A stretch of 64,000 nt of DNA from Bacillota bacterium (lineage in GTDB: Bacteria; Bacillota; SHA-98; UBA4971): contig DUVA01000129.1 of assembly GCA_012841305.1 (NCBI GenBank), forward strand, positions 3,649 through 67,648, given 5' to 3'. Made by a program: the position numbers and the translations under genes. Within the stretch, counting starts at the first letter, position 1, and the number at the start of each line of letters is the position of its first letter. This document shows positions 30,280 through 39,415 of the stretch, piece by piece. The notes beneath the pieces are model-generated. The model did no database searches and was not told the DNA's origin. It saw only the letters and a list, made by a program, of their open reading frames with translations.

Positions 30280-31134
30280 TCAACATGAAGGAGTAGACTG
30301 GACTGATGAGATTTTCAGCCATCTCTGAGTAAGCTCAAGGACGATGGAGTCAGGTACAGGCAGACTACCGAGACCTAGCGGTTCTTCAGGGCTTACGTTG
30401 TGAAAATCACTTCCTCCCGTCACAATGAGGCCGCGACTTTTTGTAAACTTCAGCCACTTCTTGGTTGTCTTCTTGCTATGGGTTGGATGATACGCTTCAA
30501 TCCCTTCCAACCCGATACCGATTAGGTCTTCTATGAAGCTGAAAGGGATATCGGTCCCGGGGTGGGCCAACACAGGCACTCCTCCTGAGTCTCTCACAAA
30601 TCTCACAGCGTCCTCAGGGGAAAGACCGCGATGCTCTACATAAGCGAGACCTTTTTTGCCAAGGTATCTTTGGAAATCCCCGTACCTCTTGTCAGGTCGT
30701 GCAAAACCCAGGTTAACCATGGCTCTGAATATCTGATTTCTTCCGGTGAATCCTTCTTTGCCCAGGCTGAGAACATATTCCAGTGGTATGTCCATCCCCA
30801 GAGCCTTGAGGCGGCGAAGGATTTCGGCAGATCTTTCTTGACGCCCTTTCTTGAGCATGTCCAACACTTCATGGAGCTTAGCTGAAGTCATATCTATATA
30901 GAAGCCCAGGATATGGACTTCTGCATTTTCTATGTCTGTGGAAAGCTCTACTCCGGGTATGACAGAAACCCCTAACTCTTCCCCTGCCGAAAGAGCTGAA
31001 GGGACACCCAGGACACTGTCATGATCAGTTAAGGCCAGGGCTGAGACTCCTCTCGCTTTTGCCATGAGCACGAGTTCTCTCGGAGAGTGCGCTCCATCGG
31101 ATACGTTTGAATGGACGTGCAAGTCTACTGCCAA
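30280..31134 (-). CDS. PHP-domain (polymerase/histidinol phosphatase family) metal-dependent phosphoesterase, TrpH/YcdX-like
   Basis: The N-terminus is DLHVHSNVSDGAHSP...LALTDHDSV. The start is TTG with GGGGGGAAG upstream. Confidence 0.8.
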   Translation of the reverse strand: MAVDLHVHSNVSDGAHSPRELVLMAKARGVSALALTDHDSVLGVPSALSAGEELGVSVIPGVELSTDIENAEVHILGFYIDMTSAKLHEVLDMLKKGRQERSAEILRRLKALGMDIPLEYVLSLGKEGFTGRNQIFRAMVNLGFARPDKRYGDFQRYLGKKGLAYVEHRGLSPEDAVRFVRDSGGVPVLAHPGTDIPFSFIEDLIGIGLEGIEAYHPTHSKKTTKKWLKFTKSRGLIVTGGSDFHNVSPEEPLGLGSLPVPDSIVLELTQRWLKISSVQSTPSC

Positions 31135-31195
31135 AGTCTTCCCCCCTTATTCCCGGATTTCACCTTCTGTGTCTGAATCGTGATGGTTCGGACAC

Positions 31196-31230
31196 AGCAG
31201 GTGGGTTGCCTTAGCGGCAACCCACCTGCT
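31196..31230. terminator. Perfect 15-bp-stem hairpin between hup and the PHP gene, overlapped by a second 7-bp hairpin at 31167-31197. It is probably the hup terminator or a leader structure.
   Basis: AGCAGGTGGGTTGCC-ttagc-GGCAACCCACCTGCT is an exact inverted repeat. It has no strong U-tract on the minus strand and a weak one (TTTCATCT) on the plus strand. Confidence 0.4.
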
Positions 31231-31260
31231 TTCATCTAAGAAATGTGAATCGCCACTCGG

Positions 31261-31539
31261 TTAGTCACCGGCGACTTTGTTTTTCAAGGTCTTACCTGCT
31301 TTAAATGCCGGAACTCTACATGCAGGAATCAAAATTTCCTTTTTTGTCCTGGGGTTTCTGCCTACACGCTCGGCACGCTCTCGCACTTCAAAACTTCCGA
31401 ACCCGGTCAATTGGACCCTTTCGCCTGATGCCAGAGCCTCTCCTATAGCATCAAGTGTAGCTGCTATGATCATGTCCACATCTTTCTTTTTTGCGCCTGT
31501 TTTCAGAGCGACGTTATTTACCAAATCTGCCTTGTTCAA
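31261..31539 (-). CDS. hup: DNA-binding protein HU
   Basis: MNKADLVNNVALKTG...GFGSFEVRERAERVGRNPRTKKEILIPACRVPAFKAGKTLK. The start is TTG, with a perfect AGGAGGA 6 nt upstream and an in-frame TGA just before it. Confidence 0.95.
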   Translation of the reverse strand: MNKADLVNNVALKTGAKKKDVDMIIAATLDAIGEALASGERVQLTGFGSFEVRERAERVGRNPRTKKEILIPACRVPAFKAGKTLKNKVAGD

Positions 31540-31697
31540 GTTTATTCCTCCTCACAGAACACTTGCTTGGATTACACCGGTCGTGCCTAGTTCTTATGCC
31601 ATTTGCTATTCGCTGTTGTTACGCTTTTCCCTGCATATTTCGACCAAAAATGTTAAGAAACCGCGATATTTCCACAATATTTCTAGGACAGAGAGTT

Positions 31698-32432
31698 CTA
31701 TGGGCCAGGAATTGGAAAGGACAATTCAATAACATCCCCGGATTTGCCGGGTGAACCCATGTGGACACCGTTGTATATCAGAACAACACCCCCTGCATTG
31801 CCCAGCCTCATTCGGATTTCATGCTTGCCTTTCCAGGTGTTGGTTTCACCGGGTAGCATAGTCTTTTCGAAGACCCTATGTCCGTCAACTATAATTTTTG
31901 CCCAGCATCGCTCAGTGACTACTGCAGTAAGTTCGTGAATGTCCAAAGAAGTGTCAAAAGGTATTTCCGGAATGTCACGGGAATTGTGTTGGAGAGCTGA
32001 TATATCTGCCGATATATCTAGGGCATCTACTGTATCGACATCCGGCTCCCCCTGTGGTCTCCACAAAACCAGTGCGATAACAGCGATTACAACGATTATG
32101 AGGCCTATGGTGACAACAGGATGCACTCCGCCTGACTTATGCCGTTTCCGAGTATCCGCTTTACCTCGGTCATTGATTTTTGTTTGCTCAATCTCGGAGT
32201 CCTTGCAAATACGGTCATATTCGGAGACGAGTTCATCACCTTCCAGGCCTACCGCCTTTGCGACATTCTTCAGAAAACCTCTTGCGTACACGTCTCCGGG
32301 TAGTTCATGAAGCCTGCCTTCCTCCATGGCAATGAGATACGCTACACGTATCTTGGTAGCATCATGCACGTCCTCTATAGATAGGCCCAAGCTCTCGCGG
32401 GCCTTTCTCAGGCGGTCTCCGAGGGTTTCCAT
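31698..32432 (-). CDS. rodZ: Cytoskeleton protein RodZ-like. It has an N-terminal XRE-type HTH, a TM segment, and a C-terminal DUF4115-like domain.
   Basis: The HTH is LGDRLRKARESLGLSIEDVHDATKIRVAYLIAMEEG, and a single TM follows (HPVVTIGLIIVVIAVIALVLW). The start is placed at the ATG at 32432 (METLGDRL). Confidence 0.65.
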   Translation of the reverse strand: METLGDRLRKARESLGLSIEDVHDATKIRVAYLIAMEEGRLHELPGDVYARGFLKNVAKAVGLEGDELVSEYDRICKDSEIEQTKINDRGKADTRKRHKSGGVHPVVTIGLIIVVIAVIALVLWRPQGEPDVDTVDALDISADISALQHNSRDIPEIPFDTSLDIHELTAVVTERCWAKIIVDGHRVFEKTMLPGETNTWKGKHEIRMRLGNAGGVVLIYNGVHMGSPGKSGDVIELSFPIPGP

Positions 32433-32473
32433 GGTGTCCTCAACCTCCTGAAATCGTTGAACCGAAGTCACTC

Positions 32474-34657
32474 TCACACCTTATCTTGAGAAGCCTCCCA
32501 TCGCTCCAGCGACATAAGGACTTTCCTTGGCTTACTGCCTTCATACGGGCCTACTATTCCCAGGGACTCCATGGAGTCAATGATCCGTGCTGCCCTTGTA
32601 TAACCTATTCTGAATCTGCGTTGTAGCTTTGAAATAGACGCTTCCTCTGTTTCAAGAATCAGTCTGACTGCATCTTCGAACAGCTGGTCCTCTTGGCCAA
32701 TGTTCTCGCCGTCAATTGTCTCACGTATTATGCTCTCAGCAACGTAAGTAGGCTGGGCCTGCGCCCTGACAAAGTCGACAATGGATTCAATTTCAGAGTC
32801 AGAGACAAATGCCCCCTGAGCCCTAATGGGTTTTGGCGCACCTACAGGAAAGAATAACATGTCTCCCCTGCCCAGAAGCCTTTCTGCTCCCCCCATGTCC
32901 AGAATCACCCTGGAATCCACCTGAGACGGTACGGCGAAGGCTATCCGGGAAGGGATATTCATCTTAATAATACCTGTGACAACATCTGCTGAAGGTCTCT
33001 GAGTGGCAACCACCAGGTGAATACCGGCTGCTCTTGCCATAAAGGCTAGCTGGGATACTATGTCTTCGACGTCTTTTTGAGCTACCAGCATTAAGTCTCC
33101 GAGCTCATCTATTATGACTATTATGTAAGGCAGCGGGGTTGCATTCTCATCAGAGAGCTTACCTGATGTGCAAAGGGAATTGTATCTGTCGATATGCCTT
33201 ACTCCGGTTTCCTCCAATAATTTGTAGCGATTGTCCATTTCCTCAGCAACCCACCGCAGGTACCCTCCTGCTTCTTTCGTGTCAGTCACAACCGGAGCGA
33301 GCAAATGCGGAATGCCGTCATAGACGCTTAGTTCAACTCGTTTCGGGTCAATCATAAGGAACTTAACTTCGTCAGGTGTGGCTTTAAAAAGCAGGCTTGC
33401 AATGAGTGTATTAAGACAAACGCTTTTGCCTGAACCGGTGGCTCCGGCTACCAATAGATGGAGCATACCTGCAAGGTCAGCGACTACAGGTTTTCCCGCT
33501 ATGTCCATACCAAGAGCTATTGCCAGCTTATTACGATTTGATTGAAACTGCGAAGACTGGACTACCTCTCTGAGAAATACCATAGATACTTCAGGATTCG
33601 GCACTTCGATGCCTATGGCGGACTTCCCCGGAATCGGAGCTTCCAGACGAATACCTGTAGATGCCAGAGCAAGAGCAATATCATCTGTCAGGCTCACTAT
33701 TTTGCTGACTTTTATCCCGGGTGCAGGCGACAGTTCGTATCGAGTTACCACAGGCCCCATGTCAACCTGTGTGACTTTGCCTTTTACTCCAAAGCTCGCT
33801 AAGGTGTCTTGCAGTAACTTGGAGTGATCAGGCACTTCACCTTTTTTGGACTTCCCGGATCTTGCAGGGTAGCCCAAAAGCGTTACCGGAGGCAGGACAT
33901 AGCCATGGGACTCCGCAGGCAATTCCTTCTTTCCAGGAACGAAAGCTATCTTTTCTGTCTCTTCAGACGTAGCAGGTTTGGGCTGTCGTCGCTTGCCGGC
34001 CCTGGTCTTCTTTGCGGGTTTCTCAGTATCTTCCACAAGTTGCTCAGGTTCACGGTCCAATTCAAAGAAAGGCAAAAGGATCTTTTTTGCTACAATACGC
34101 AGTATTCTAAGGGGTTTGATAAGAAGGCCTGCTAAGAGCTGAACTCCTAGGATCAAAATACGCCCGGACTCTCTGACGAGAATAGGGATTGACATGTCCG
34201 ACAGAAGACTTAAGCCGGCGACAATAACAAACCAGAGTACGATTCTGGCACCGGCTGAACCACACGCCCACCGGAGTCCGTCAAATATCCAGGCTCCGAT
34301 AGCGCCTGACCGGGCTATCCCCAGTGTTGACAAGACAATGAACATGAAACCTAAAAGGCGAGGAAGGATAACTTGCCCGTCACTTCCCAGTACAAGTTCG
34401 ACACCTACATACAACACTATGATTGGGATTAGAAATGCCCATTTACCGGCAACAAGCCTCAGGCCGTATGCTACCTGCATACCTGCAGCTCCTGCTGCTC
34501 CAACCGGCCCACGCAACTCCACATAGAGGGAAACTAACGCAAGGATGCCCAGAGTGACAGTGACAACCCCGAGAATCCCCAAATAACGGAATGTCCTATC
34601 AGGCGTGCCTGCTTGCTTCCTTGCGCGCTTATTATCGTCCAATGTAACCCTGGCCAT
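32474..34657 (-). CDS. ftsK: DNA translocase FtsK/SpoIIIE
   Basis: It has N-terminal TM helices, a linker, a RecA-like motor (Walker A GATGSGKS, DE...) and a C-terminal gamma domain. The RBS AGGGAGG favours the ATG at 34657. Confidence 0.9.
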   Translation of the reverse strand: MARVTLDDNKRARKQAGTPDRTFRYLGILGVVTVTLGILALVSLYVELRGPVGAAGAAGMQVAYGLRLVAGKWAFLIPIIVLYVGVELVLGSDGQVILPRLLGFMFIVLSTLGIARSGAIGAWIFDGLRWACGSAGARIVLWFVIVAGLSLLSDMSIPILVRESGRILILGVQLLAGLLIKPLRILRIVAKKILLPFFELDREPEQLVEDTEKPAKKTRAGKRRQPKPATSEETEKIAFVPGKKELPAESHGYVLPPVTLLGYPARSGKSKKGEVPDHSKLLQDTLASFGVKGKVTQVDMGPVVTRYELSPAPGIKVSKIVSLTDDIALALASTGIRLEAPIPGKSAIGIEVPNPEVSMVFLREVVQSSQFQSNRNKLAIALGMDIAGKPVVADLAGMLHLLVAGATGSGKSVCLNTLIASLLFKATPDEVKFLMIDPKRVELSVYDGIPHLLAPVVTDTKEAGGYLRWVAEEMDNRYKLLEETGVRHIDRYNSLCTSGKLSDENATPLPYIIVIIDELGDLMLVAQKDVEDIVSQLAFMARAAGIHLVVATQRPSADVVTGIIKMNIPSRIAFAVPSQVDSRVILDMGGAERLLGRGDMLFFPVGAPKPIRAQGAFVSDSEIESIVDFVRAQAQPTYVAESIIRETIDGENIGQEDQLFEDAVRLILETEEASISKLQRRFRIGYTRAARIIDSMESLGIVGPYEGSKPRKVLMSLERWEASQDKV

Positions 34658-34771
34658 AGGCATCCTCCCTTACCTCTATAGCAGGTTCTACGTATTCCGC
34701 GTAAACTCCTTCATATCCGCGCCACCGAGAGTGTAGTTTACGCTGCGACTGCAAAGAGATATCAAGAAAAG

Positions 34772-36403
34772 TCACTCTTGAAGGGAGACGGTGTTTTGAA
34801 CGACTGCATCAGCAAGGTTAACTGCATGGTCAGCGAGACGCTCAAGGTTGTCCAACACTTCAATATAAATAACAGCGGAAGCCGGCAAGCAAGTTCCGTC
34901 GTTAAGGCGCTTGAAGTGATTGTCTCGGAGTCTGGCCTCAATGTCATCTATGATCTTCTCTTTTTCCCACACATCTTGAGCCAGGGCAGGGTCATTTCTC
35001 TCCAATGCATTCACTGCATCAGACAGGATTGCGTCTACACGCCGAAACAGATCAGCGAGTTCAGACTTGGCTTCATCGGAAAAGTCGATACGCTTCTCCG
35101 CCCTGTAAGACGCGAAATTACCCATGTTCACGGCATGGTCTCCGACACGCTCAATATCGTTTACAACATGTAACATCCCGGCTACCTGTGTTGACTGCCG
35201 GTGTGTCAAAGACCCCTGAGACATAAGAGTAGAAAGGTAGAAGATGATCTCACTTTGCAGATTATCCACGATTTCTTCATGACTCTCTATAGTCTTTAGG
35301 ATGTTCTCCGGCGAGTCCGACAAGAGCGCTTTCCCTGCGTCACTAAGCATCTCTTGGGCGATCTTCGCCATTCTCACGAGTTCCTGCACGGAAAGCTGAA
35401 TGGCAGCTGAAGGCGTTCTAAGCATTCTCTTGTCAATGTACTTCGGACCATGCTCAATTATCCGTTCCTCACCCGGGTAGAGAGTCACCACAATTCTGGC
35501 AAGCAAGCCTGCCATAGGTAACCACACCAGCGTATTGAGGATGTTGAAAGATGTATGAGCATTGGCTATCAGGCGTGAAACACCGCCAAACGGGGTCAGC
35601 CATACTACGACTTTACTGAACACGGGAAGGAAAGCAAGGCCGAGGACCGTTCCGAATACATTGAAGAGGACGTGGGCAAGAGCAGTTCTCCTCGCAGACA
35701 GGCTTGCTCCCATACTGGCAAGAACTGCAGTGACACAGGTTCCTATGTTATCGCCGAATAGAATAGGCAGGGCTGTCTCGAAGGTAATCAGCCCTTGAGA
35801 TGCAGCAGCCATCAAGATTCCAATGGTTGCGCTTGAACTCTGAATGACGATCGTCATGATAATGCCTGCCAAAACCCCGAGCAATCGATGCTTTCCCACT
35901 ATCGCCACAAGCTGAACCAATGACGGATTAGCGCTAAGAGGCTTCATAGCTTCAGTCATAACCGTCATGCCGAGGAAAAGGATAGCGAACCCCAGGATGA
36001 TTTGGCCGAAGTACTTATGTGTTCTCTTTTTGCTGAATATGAAAATGATGGCTCCCAAGCCAATTGCCGGAAGGGCAAAATCCGATAATCTAAAAGCTAT
36101 TAGCTGGGCAGTCATGGTTGTGCCGATATTTGCGCCCATAATTACTCCGACAGCTTGCGTCAGAGTCATAAGGCCTGCGTTCACAAAGCTGACCAACATG
36201 ACTGTAGTGGCAGCTGAACTTTGGATAATCCCGGTAACCAGGGCGCCTACCAAAACGCCCATCCATGTTTTGCTGGTGAGCGCCTTTAGAATTCCCCTGA
36301 GTTTATCCCCGGCAGCCTTCTGCAATCCATTGCCCATCTGAACCATTCCGTATAGGAACAGACCAAGGCCACCTATTAGTCCGGCGATAGGAGTTATTGT
36401 CAC
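34772..36403 (-). CDS. Na/Pi-cotransporter-family protein (NptA-like) with C-terminal PhoU-like repeats
   Basis: It has duplicated membrane repeats with QSSSAT motifs and a C-terminal soluble PhoU-like domain of about 200 aa. Confidence 0.8.
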   Translation of the reverse strand: MTITPIAGLIGGLGLFLYGMVQMGNGLQKAAGDKLRGILKALTSKTWMGVLVGALVTGIIQSSAATTVMLVSFVNAGLMTLTQAVGVIMGANIGTTMTAQLIAFRLSDFALPAIGLGAIIFIFSKKRTHKYFGQIILGFAILFLGMTVMTEAMKPLSANPSLVQLVAIVGKHRLLGVLAGIIMTIVIQSSSATIGILMAAASQGLITFETALPILFGDNIGTCVTAVLASMGASLSARRTALAHVLFNVFGTVLGLAFLPVFSKVVVWLTPFGGVSRLIANAHTSFNILNTLVWLPMAGLLARIVVTLYPGEERIIEHGPKYIDKRMLRTPSAAIQLSVQELVRMAKIAQEMLSDAGKALLSDSPENILKTIESHEEIVDNLQSEIIFYLSTLMSQGSLTHRQSTQVAGMLHVVNDIERVGDHAVNMGNFASYRAEKRIDFSDEAKSELADLFRRVDAILSDAVNALERNDPALAQDVWEKEKIIDDIEARLRDNHFKRLNDGTCLPASAVIYIEVLDNLERLADHAVNLADAVVQNTVSLQE

Positions 36404-36446
36404 GAGCGTGCCCCCTCATCCACGATGTAACAGCGATATCAACCGG

Positions 36447-37280
36447 TCAAATAACCGACCAGATAATTACTGATATCCCTAAAACCCACGTATATACTGC
36501 AAATATTGTTAGCTTACTTCGCTTCACAGCTGTCAACACCAGGCGTATCGCCAAGTAACCCGAAATAATGCTGGTAACGAACGCCAAAAGGATAGGAAAA
36601 CTCGAACCTGCGGCGAACCCCAATGCGTCCACATCTTTTAGCTCCAGGATCCCTGCGCCAAGAATCACCGGTATGGATAGAAGAAATGAGAAGCGTGCAG
36701 CATCCTCTCTACGCAGTCCTACAGAGAGGCCGGTGCTTATCGTCGCGCCTGAACGGGAAAACCCAGGAGCGATGGCAAATCCCTGAGCTATACCTATGGA
36801 AAGAGCCTTCTGTAACGTGAGATCAGCGGGTTTGATGCGGCTCCTGGATAAGAATTCGCCTAGCCAAAGCACGGTTCCTGTAGCCACAAGAAAGATCCCC
36901 ACAGCCAGTTTGGAAGAGAACAGCATGTACACCAAGGGTTTGAACACCATTCCCATAATTGCCGCAGGTACACTGGCAATGACAATGAAAATCGCCATCT
37001 TACGATAATCGTCTTTGGAGATAGCGGATCTTATGCAAACGCCATGGAAGATATCAACGACAATACCAACGGTTGCGTTTATCAAAGCCCTTACATCTTC
37101 GCGAAAAACCAGAAAAACCGATATTAACGTGCCCAGATGCATTAGGACATCGAAACTAAGCAACGCTTCCTCTACGTGGAGGAGCTCACGGACGATAACC
37201 AGATGTCCTGAGCTTGACACAGGAAGGAATTCTGTTAAGCCTTGAACTACAGCGAGTATCATTGCGCTTCTTACATCCAT
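36447..37280 (-). CDS. uppP: Undecaprenyl-diphosphatase
   Basis: LAVVQGLTEFLPVSSSGHLVIV... is the BacA/UppP signature. Confidence 0.9.
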   Translation of the reverse strand: MDVRSAMILAVVQGLTEFLPVSSSGHLVIVRELLHVEEALLSFDVLMHLGTLISVFLVFREDVRALINATVGIVVDIFHGVCIRSAISKDDYRKMAIFIVIASVPAAIMGMVFKPLVYMLFSSKLAVGIFLVATGTVLWLGEFLSRSRIKPADLTLQKALSIGIAQGFAIAPGFSRSGATISTGLSVGLRREDAARFSFLLSIPVILGAGILELKDVDALGFAAGSSFPILLAFVTSIISGYLAIRLVLTAVKRSKLTIFAVYTWVLGISVIIWSVI

Positions 37281-38254
37281 TTACGTCTTCCTTTCATGAG
37301 ATCCACAAACTGCCTGCCCCATGGGAATATCACCAAAATGGACATCAAGTTTAACAAGGTGTGTGCATTTGCCAGTCTGTATCCGGGATCTGCCGGTGAT
37401 ACAACACTAACCATTGTTACAAAGGCATTGAAAACAGGAAGAACTGTAACTACTCCTATCAGGTTGAACACCAGATGGAGTCGAGACGTGAATCGACCGG
37501 CAGACGATGCCCAAAGACCGGCAATCAAAGTCGTCACACACGTGCCGATGTTACTTCCTAACGCCAAGGATACGGCCGATCTCAAGTCTACCAAACCTTC
37601 GCGGACAAGTCCAACAAGTATTGCTGTAGCGGCACTGGAACTCTGGATGATTCCGGTAAACACTGCACCTGCCAAAACGCCGAAAAGAGGAATCTGTCCA
37701 AATACAATCAGGGCGTGAAGGATATCAGGTACCTCGGCAAGCCATGCCAGCGCCGAACCGGTAACTTCCACTCCTTCAACGATACATCCTAAGCCGAGAA
37801 ACACCAGAGCAGTATCACTTCCCGATCTCTTCCTCATCAAGACATACACGAGAACGCTGATAACCAACACCAAGGGGCCTGGAATCCCAACGCGGAAAGC
37901 CACGATGTATGATGTCAGGCACGTCCCCAGGTTGGCGCCCATTATTATGTAGAAGGCTTGGTAAACATCAATTACTCCTGAGTCCACCAGGCTGACGACA
38001 ATGACTGTGACTGTGCTTGAGCTCTGTATCGCCGAGGTCACCAAAGTGCCTACGATTACTGCTGTAACGGGTTTCGGGGTAAGTGCTCTAAGCGCTTTCT
38101 CCACCCGGATGCCTATCTTCCGCCTAAGTCCCTTTCGGAGAAAGGCCATTCCCGCAAAAAAAAGCAGCATTCCACAAAGCAGTCGACAGACAGAAGCAAC
38201 CATCTCGTGTGACTCCTTCAGGGCTTCTCTGTCAATATATGCTGGGAATACCAT
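37271..38254 (-). CDS. Na/Pi-cotransporter-family membrane protein (short form, without a PhoU domain)
   Basis: It has two membrane repeats with IQSSSTVTVIVV / IQSSSAATAILV motifs. Confidence 0.7.
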   Translation of the reverse strand: MVFPAYIDREALKESHEMVASVCRLLCGMLLFFAGMAFLRKGLRRKIGIRVEKALRALTPKPVTAVIVGTLVTSAIQSSSTVTVIVVSLVDSGVIDVYQAFYIIMGANLGTCLTSYIVAFRVGIPGPLVLVISVLVYVLMRKRSGSDTALVFLGLGCIVEGVEVTGSALAWLAEVPDILHALIVFGQIPLFGVLAGAVFTGIIQSSSAATAILVGLVREGLVDLRSAVSLALGSNIGTCVTTLIAGLWASSAGRFTSRLHLVFNLIGVVTVLPVFNAFVTMVSVVSPADPGYRLANAHTLLNLMSILVIFPWGRQFVDLMKGRRKWM

Positions 38255-38259
38255 GCATA

Positions 38260-38499
38260 TTATAGCATAGCAGTGGTGAAGGAGGAAGCCTGAAACAGGC
38301 GAATCTTCCTGCCTGGGGAGAAGTGAGGGTTAAGATAATGACTTGGATCCGTGCTTATTACCCTGACGATTACTGCTTCTTCCAAGGAGACGGGTTCAAC
38401 TGTCAGAGTCACCCCCTCCAGTTGGATATCAACGAATTGTCTTTCTTGTTCCAGGCCTTCTAGCACAGTCTCAATAGGAAGGACAGTGTAAAGGATCAT
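38260..38499 (-). CDS. ylzJ: YlzJ-like small protein
   Basis: This 79-aa ORF starts with a 4-nt overlap of the tepA stop, the same position as ylzJ downstream of tepA in Bacillus. Confidence 0.45.
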   Translation of the reverse strand: MILYTVLPIETVLEGLEQERQFVDIQLEGVTLTVEPVSLEEAVIVRVISTDPSHYLNPHFSPGRKIRLFQASSFTTAML

Positions 38500-39332
38500 T
38501 GCAGAGGACCGCCTCCGTCCACCGGCATTTCAGGGAAAGAGCTATCAGCTCTTGGCTTTTGACGCTTTTCCTGTATCAGTTTTTCAAGGACTCTCAGCGC
38601 GTCACTGAGGCCGCCTACTTCGTCAATCAAACCAAGCGTCACTGCGTCCACACCCACCAGCACAGTTCCGACGTCCCGGACCAATTCGCCTGTGCGGAAC
38701 ATCAGTTCACGGAGCTTATCCTGAGTGATTGTGGAGTGTTCTGAGACGAACTTGATTACCCTGTCTTGCATTTTCTCAAGATACTCATAGGTTTGCGGCA
38801 CTCCGATAACGAGTCCTGAGAGCCGAAGCGGATGGATTGTTACAGTCGCAGTGGAAGCAATGAATCTGTACTTGCAGCTGACTGCAATCGGTAATGCAAT
38901 AGAATGCCCGCCGCCTAAGATCAATGAAACAGAGGGCTTTGACAGAGTATCGATCATTTCAGCGATAGCCAGTCCTGCTTCTACGTCTCCTCCTACTGTG
39001 TTCAAGACTACAAGCAATCCCTCTACAGACGGGTTCTGCTCTACCGCCACGAGTTGCGGGATGACATGCTCGTATTTGGTGGTTTTGTTTTGAGGGGGTA
39101 GAATAATATGGCCTTCGATCTGTCCGATTATGCTCATTACATGCACATTGCTGACAGGCTGTGGCGGTGTGCGGGCTTCTCCGAAAGTTGTTATTGCCTG
39201 GGTTATAGCCTTCTCTTCCTGCGGTTCAGGTGAAGGCTCAGCCTCCATTCGTTGCTTGATGTTCGCCTCCTTCGATGCCTCAATTCCAGGTGTACCGAGA
39301 TCCAGCCTGTTCCGGGCGGACAGGTAGAACAT
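38496..39332 (-). CDS. tepA: ClpP-family translocation-enhancing protein TepA (YmfB-like)
   Basis: It has a ClpP/crotonase-fold core ([19 protein letters not shown]...[12 protein letters not shown]). The Bacillus-like context rnj...tepA-ylzJ-ftsK supports the call. Confidence 0.75.
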   Translation of the reverse strand: MFYLSARNRLDLGTPGIEASKEANIKQRMEAEPSPEPQEEKAITQAITTFGEARTPPQPVSNVHVMSIIGQIEGHIILPPQNKTTKYEHVIPQLVAVEQNPSVEGLLVVLNTVGGDVEAGLAIAEMIDTLSKPSVSLILGGGHSIALPIAVSCKYRFIASTATVTIHPLRLSGLVIGVPQTYEYLEKMQDRVIKFVSEHSTITQDKLRELMFRTGELVRDVGTVLVGVDAVTLGLIDEVGGLSDALRVLEKLIQEKRQKPRADSSFPEMPVDGGGPLQ

Positions 39333-39415
39333 ATCATTCGCCTCCGCTATGTCTGCATCAAGTGTGGATAAATCATGCGCTGCTAACTATTATGCTGACA
39401 CAAGCGGTAAATGAT

